Below, one piece after another: positions 58,249 through 64,000 of a stretch of 64,000 nucleotides of DNA. How positions within the stretch are numbered: the first letter of the stretch is position 1; each line of letters begins with the position of its first letter. The stretch is from Amoebidium appalachense. Taxonomy: Eukaryota; Protista; Ichthyosporea. Made by a program: the position numbers and the translations under genes. The stretch covers positions 9,950,101 through 10,014,100 of the forward strand of contig CAVNZM010000003.1 in NCBI GenBank assembly GCA_963693365.1, given 5' to 3'. The notes under the pieces were generated by a model, which had not been told where the DNA came from, did not search any database, and saw only the letters and a program-made list of their open reading frames with translations.

Positions 58249-61200
58249 TCATAGACACAAATAAAACCTTAACTCTGGGGTATACTCAGGAAAACTAAAT
58301 TTCCATGGTATACGGTGGGTGGCGGTGGGTGCTGTCTGTGGTTGGGCATCACGGAGCCCATTATGGGTACTCCGAGAGCCAACACCTATCGGTGCAGAGT
58401 TAGTGATCACAGTGGCCCCTCCTGACTCTGTTTGAAAGGTGGGGGTATCTGCAGTGCTAAAGAGGTTGCGGATAAATGTGGCAGATTTATTAGAGCAGGG
58501 TGCTGCCGAGAGGAGGATTTAACCCCCAAACCGTCATCCAACTCCATATCAACAACATTATCATCGATATTAATACCCTCACTATTACAGACACCCGCGG
58601 CGGTTGTGCATGCACTAGTATACAACGAGTGGACAGCTAACCTATGAGCATAATCCACCTCATCTGAATACATAGGATTATCATATGTGCCCCGCCCAGC
58701 AGGACTACATCTTTGGGACGGATGTGGGCTAGGCACCAATCCCAAAGACTTCGCCATGCCAGCGTATCCAGCTGCCCGGCCGGTTGCAGCAGACACACGA
58801 AAATCAAGAACACCAGAGCTGTTAATATCCGCAACCGCGTAGATTTCTGCAAGGGTTTGCTCAGTCAGAGACTGAACGTGACCAAGATTACTAGGTAATA
58901 AAGGCACGCCTTCTTCAGAAAAATCATAAGCTAGCAAACCTACATCACCACTAGGGTGAACAGCAACCATTATGATATCTGATTCAGCGGGGAAATACGG
59001 TTGTAATGTCGTATTCGGCATAAACAACGCAGGTCCCGCAGGCATATGGCTACGTGCTTTCAAAAATATCTTAGTAACAGTATGTGCTTTAAGCACAACT
59101 GGTTTTTGCAAACGGCAATAAGCTGCAACATCAGGCAAATACTCATAAGAGAGGAGGACTGAGTCCCCGTTTCTTAAGGTAAGTGCCTGTGTTTCCAAAT
59201 CTGCAGTTTTAACCCATGTTTCTATCCAGTCATTACCTAATAAAACATCAGGTCCATTCATATCCCCAACGACTAGGAAGGGCCAATCCAAAAGGGTATT
59301 GCCCACCAGCCAAGAGATAACGGACTCACCTTTAACTTCAAGCGGACTCCCCGTGGGAGTAATACCACCAGCAGCCAACAAGGAAGCCTTAGGGGACAGC
59401 TCTAAAGCTGTGCCTGCTTCTTGAAGGCGTTTAAAAAGGGAATATTTCATGAGGGTTACCTGAGAACCCGGATCATACAAAGCTTTCGTTTTGATATTAT
59501 GTGAAAAAGATAAAAATATAGTATATCTAGGTCTCGGGACTACCTTAGTAGGAGTGGGTATGCTAGTAAGTCTCTGTGGATGTGTGCTATCCTGCCCATC
59601 GAACTGGTTGGTACTATCCAACTCAGAGGAGGGAGGAATAGGTAAAGCTGCACACAACACACTAGAGATGTCCTGCATACCTGGTTGACCTAAAGATACG
59701 TCATAACGCGCTTTTTTAGACGGGGGGGAGGCAATAGGGGTAGAGGGGGGACTGTCCCCTACCACCTGAGGACGACCCACCTTAGACGAATCAGTAGCAC
59801 TCCCACCAAGGCACCCCTAGTTGCGCCCTCCACGCCCACGGTCACCCCGACCACCATTACCACGCTGGCCGGCCACCCTTGCCGCCACGGCCCCGAGCTC
59901 CTTGCTGGTTAGGTGGCCCACCGCGCGGAACACGTGGCTGCGGCTTGGGGGGAGGCCCCTGCCCAGGGGCCCCGTTGGCCCACTGCCCTTAAGGGGGAGG
60001 CGGGCGAATGGGTGCGGGCACAGGATAATAAGGCTGGTGTGGGGGATCCTGCAGAGGGGCAAACCTATTATGGGTGTGAGGAAAAGTTTTAATGGTTTTC
60101 GTATGGACCCGGGCGCGGGGGCCGAGTGTTCTGCCACGGGCCTGCACCCGGGTGGACTGGTTGGAATGAGTAGGAACCGTCGCTAGCAAAATTCTTGAGA
60201 AGACTAAGAATTTGCGACTCCAACTCAGTTTGAATAGCCCTCGGACGATCGTTTGTGCTTTGAGGCACTGACGTACCCACGCGGTGTATCATCCAACTAA
60301 TGTCCTCTTGTGGAATGAGGCCGTTTAAGACATGGCGCACGAGTGGTGCAAGACAGTCGATGTCGGTCTCGTAACCGGCCTGCAGGCACAAATGCTCCAT
60401 TTGTTGCAAAAGCGATTTCACACGACTCCCGTCCAACGCTCCCAACGCCAACCGTTCTTGGCCTTTCGCATTCGTGTACGTGTTTGGAGCGTTGTAATAT
60501 GCCCGATACTGTGTGTAGTAGTTGGGCAAGAGAACTTCGCACACAAACAACCACAGGAGTTCAGGTAGAGTGGGATGTTGGGGGAGTCCGTGAACTGCAT
60601 CCAGAACGCGCATCAATTCGTGGTATTCGTGTGTATTCCTTCTCCACCACCCTGAGCAAAAACGCGCGAGTCTGATCATACTTGTACTTGCGTGCATTGC
60701 CCGATTGATATGAAGACAGAAGGGCGAAGTAGGTAGGCCAAAGAACAACATTGCTTGCCGTGATTGAATGTAACTTTCCACAAGCCCTGAAATCAAGCGC
60801 GCCGGCGGTCGGATTGACGAATTAATACGTAAAATCCCAACCGTCCGTCTCCCATTGCGTGTAGTTGAAAAGATGGGCATATATCTCACGCTCGACGGGT
60901 TTGTCCGGTGAGCGATAACCGGGAAGGGACTTCAGACGTGTTTCGTCGACGCCCAACCTGCCGCTACCGTCGGGCATGAGTGGTGCGGAAGGAAACATGC
61001 GGGTCTGAGGAGGCACTCCCCCGGAGTTCGGACGTTCAGGGGTATTGAGAGGGGTATAAAACTCCTCCGCACGCTGCCCTCCGGACGAACCGAACTGCGG
61101 GGCGAGGTTCCGCTGCACCGGTAAAGTAGGCGGTGCCGGCGGGACAAACGGAGCCGGGGGTGGCATGTTTGGAGGCGGGACCTGTTGCGGCTGGATGGGT

Positions 61201-61900
61201 GGAACTAAGGGTCCACCCTGCAGAACTGCGGCCACCTGCTGCTCTTAAACAGCCAAAGTTTCCCCCTGCTTTGCTACGGCGGCGCTTATTTCGTCGAACT
61301 GGCCACGTAGGCAGGCAGTCTCCTCCAAAGCTGCCTGTTTACGGGCCTCGGCCTCGGCTATGGCTCGCTGAACCTCAGCCCTGTGTGCTGCTACCGCGGC
61401 AGCCTGCTGGCGTAGGGTCTCCTGACGCTCAAGCTGACGCTGCTGTTCCGCGCGCAAAGCTTCCACGCGCTCGCGCTCCGCACGCAACTCAGCCTCAGCG
61501 GCCTCCTGCTCACGTTGAGCTTCGGCCAAACGAGCCTCCAAAGTAGCGAACTCAGAGCTAACCTGCTGCTCGACGTTTCCTTCCACCTGCCCAGCGTGAT
61601 CATTGGGAGGCGGGGAACGGCGAGGGGATCCCTCAACCTCTCGCTCGGGTGAAGCCTCGCGGCTATTGCGAACTTCACCATTATCTGCCATGGTTGTTAA
61701 GAAAGAAAACTAGTGTATGCGAGAGAAAAGGAAAAGAAAAAAAAACTGTGTGTAACTTAACCTAAGTGCGAGAACTCCGCGCAAAACTACCGCTTCAAGT
61801 GTGTAGCTCAGACTGTTGTGTCCCTTGTGTGTATACGTGTGTTGAAGTGGGTTCTTTTAACGGAGTTATAGGGGAAAAGGCAACGCGACACCAACACTGG
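58249..61900 (-). mobile_element. Decayed Ty3/gypsy-like element: gag plus protease, truncated before RT
   Basis: Gag-like frames from ATG 61691 (coiled coil, Pro-rich linker, in-frame TAA at 61245, frameshift ~60880). Retropepsin ALYDPGSQVTLM…VLLGNDW in 58407-59780. PBS-like TGGTGTCGCG on the minus strand near 61893. Confidence 0.78.
58407..59780 (-). pseudogene. Gypsy-type aspartic protease region
   Basis: KALYDPGSQVTL, FLVV…DVLLGNDWI. Confidence 0.8.
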
Positions 61901-61929
61901 GGGTTAACGGGAAACTCACTCGTTTCCCT

Positions 61930-64000
61930 AACCCTTTACTATCATCAATAGTGAAACTATTTCGATTGGTTCTTCGAATCATTGACCTGATTGGGTGTAA
62001 TACACCAATTATCTTTCAAGAAAGAATAATTGCTGTGTATTCCACCAATCATGGTCTGGCGCTGAATCTAGGCTGCAGGCTATATAAGCTGCAGCCGAGA
62101 GAAGCCTTGATCAGTCTTCCCTCACTCAGCGCCACTTGTAAAGCGCTGAGTTGTTAGTGTGGGCTCACGATAGCTTGTAGATCGGCCCCTCCTCTGAGGG
62201 CACTAAGTTGCCATGACCGACCAGTACGCGACGCGTCTCACCGAGTTCCTGCCCAGCGCGGGCGACACCACAAGCGGTGCCCGCTCCGAACGCTGGGCCC
62301 CCCCGCCATTGGTACTTATCAAGACCCGCACCCAAGTTGCCCTAGCCACCCCCGCACTTCGCGACGTTGCCAACCTCCTGTGTGAACAAGGGCTGTTCGA
62401 TGGTCCCGAACCATTGGATCCTCAGTGGGGGTGGCTCGACAAGGTGTCTGCTGGTGCCCGGGAAGAGTGTTGCACACTCATTGGTGCTCTGTCTGCTCTC
62501 ATCCAGGGTGCCAACCTTGCCGCGGCTAAGGCAACAACCGAGGGTCACATGATCAAGCTGCTGCTTCAGTACCAGTGTGACGTCGTCCACATGCTGGCCT
62601 CCCGGCTCAACTACCAGAAGATGCGTGCTCAGTATGGTGCTGCAGTTGCCGATTTCGCCAAGGCCGAAGTTGAGGGTGTCAGCTCCCACGAGTTCCTGCC
62701 CGCCTGGAACCGTGGTCTAGTGGCCGCCAGGCAGAAGGCCGCCAGCCTCCAGCTCGCCCACTCCAGTACTGCCCGCCGCAACCCCGCCCGTAGCGGAGGC
62801 TTCGACAACGACCAGACTTCACCCAGCCCGTCCAATGGTGCCGGCCGTGGGCGTGGGGCTCCGTCCTCGTCGTGGGGCTCCCGCCCCGGCCGATCACTAA
62901 CTGACGGCCCCGCGTCCCGTACACCCCACTCCCCTCTATCAGAGAGTACGGGATCACGCAGCGGAGTGGGCAAGGAACGGCGCCAGTTCCTTTGTCCTCA
63001 GATGGATTCGTCAGGGCGTCCTTCCTCGTTGGGGCCCTTCAGGCCCTCCCCCCCCAGCAGACCATGGCTACTATATCCCGGTGGACAATGTGCCCGAGTC
63101 TACCATGCTGGATCTGGCCCTGGAGATGGTGGCCCATGGCGAACTGGAGGAGATTTCTGTCAGCCAATCATATTGCGTTCATCCTTGCTTCACGGTCGCC
63201 AAATCCGATGGATCCCGACGACCAATCATCGATCCGTATTTGACCAATTCTGCATGCCTCCCCCTGCACACCAAGTTCGACAACCTCCACGACCTGGCAG
63301 TGTTGGCGCGGCGGGGGGATCTCGGCTTCAGCTTCGACCTGAAGTCGGGTTACCACGCTCTCTCCCTTCACCCGGCCATCCGCAAGTACTTCCAGTGCCG
63401 AGTCCAGGGCCGCCTGTTTCAGTACTGCGTCCTCCCCTTCGGTTGGTCGCAGAGCCCCTGGTTCTTCACCCAGCTCATGCGTTGCTTCGGACGTACTCTG
63501 CGCCGGCTTGGGGTACGGGCGTGTATTTATTTGGACGATTTTTTGATTGTCGATCGACCCCCCCGGATTTATGGGGTTCGGGACCGGGTGGCCCAGCTGT
63601 TGGCGGCCCACGGTCTGCAGCGCCAGCCCACCAAGGGTCACTGGGAACCGACCCACATCCTCGACCATTTGGGGGTCACCGTCGATCTGCTTCATGGCCA
63701 GTTACGCCCTACCTCGGCCTCTCTTGCCAAGATTCGGGAGGCCACAGCCCTGGTGATGGGTCATGCCCGTGTCTCTCGCCGCTTTGTGTCTGCCAAGCTC
63801 CTGTCCTGGTGGCTGGGCCTGGCGGTGAGTCTCCGGCCCGCGGTTCCCCATGTCCTGACCCTGATCCGGCCCGTCTACAGCGTTCTTTCGGGTCGCCCCG
63901 GCTCGTGGCGCCACAAGCTTCGACTTTCGGGCCGGCTCCTCCGCATCATCGGTTCCCTTCCGACCCGGATTCCCCAGCTTCCCCCGTACGAACTGTGGCC
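61930..64000 (+). mobile_element. Second DIRS-order element (DIRS1/PAT-like), running off the window end
   Basis: CCAAT and TATATAAG, degenerate gag from ATG 62213, then an overlapping RT. Its termini do not resemble the Ngaro A repeat. Confidence 0.82.
62945..64000 (+). CDS. DIRS-type reverse transcriptase, partial, absent from the ORF track; frameshift in a C-run at ~63050
   Basis: My translation: EWARNGASSFVLRWIRQG, FTVAKSDGSRRPIID, FDLKSGYH, VLPFGWSQSPWFFT, IYLDDFL (YLDD at 63528-63539). Confidence 0.88.

Overview
Eukaryotic, intron-containing, microsatellite- and homopolymer-rich DNA, almost entirely repetitive. Most of the supplied ORF track is noise from (CA)n, (GA)n and poly-C/G runs. 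(1) 1.5-5.8 kb: 3' end of a Ty1/copia element (RNase H, PPT, 3' LTR) carrying a truncated Ngaro fragment. (2) 5.8-30.3 kb: tandem array of a ~6.4-6.7 kb unit containing a spliced gene for a protein with three AP2/ERF-type DNA-binding domains. The copies are nearly identical except at the predicted base-contacting beta-strand codons, where changes are dense and almost all non-synonymous. The predicted N-terminus resembles a mitochondrial presequence. This is the best candidate for an undescribed system. (3) 30.3-64 kb: a resolvable nest of transposons. A minus-strand transposase-like gene is split by a copia element (34670-57208, TSD CAAAC). That copia contains a full-length Ngaro tyrosine-recombinase retrotransposon and a LINE, and the LINE contains a ~9.9 kb CATCAG-ended TIR element (TSD TG). 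A decayed gypsy gag-protease and a second DIRS-type element follow. All alignments and counts were made by eye; no searches were run.
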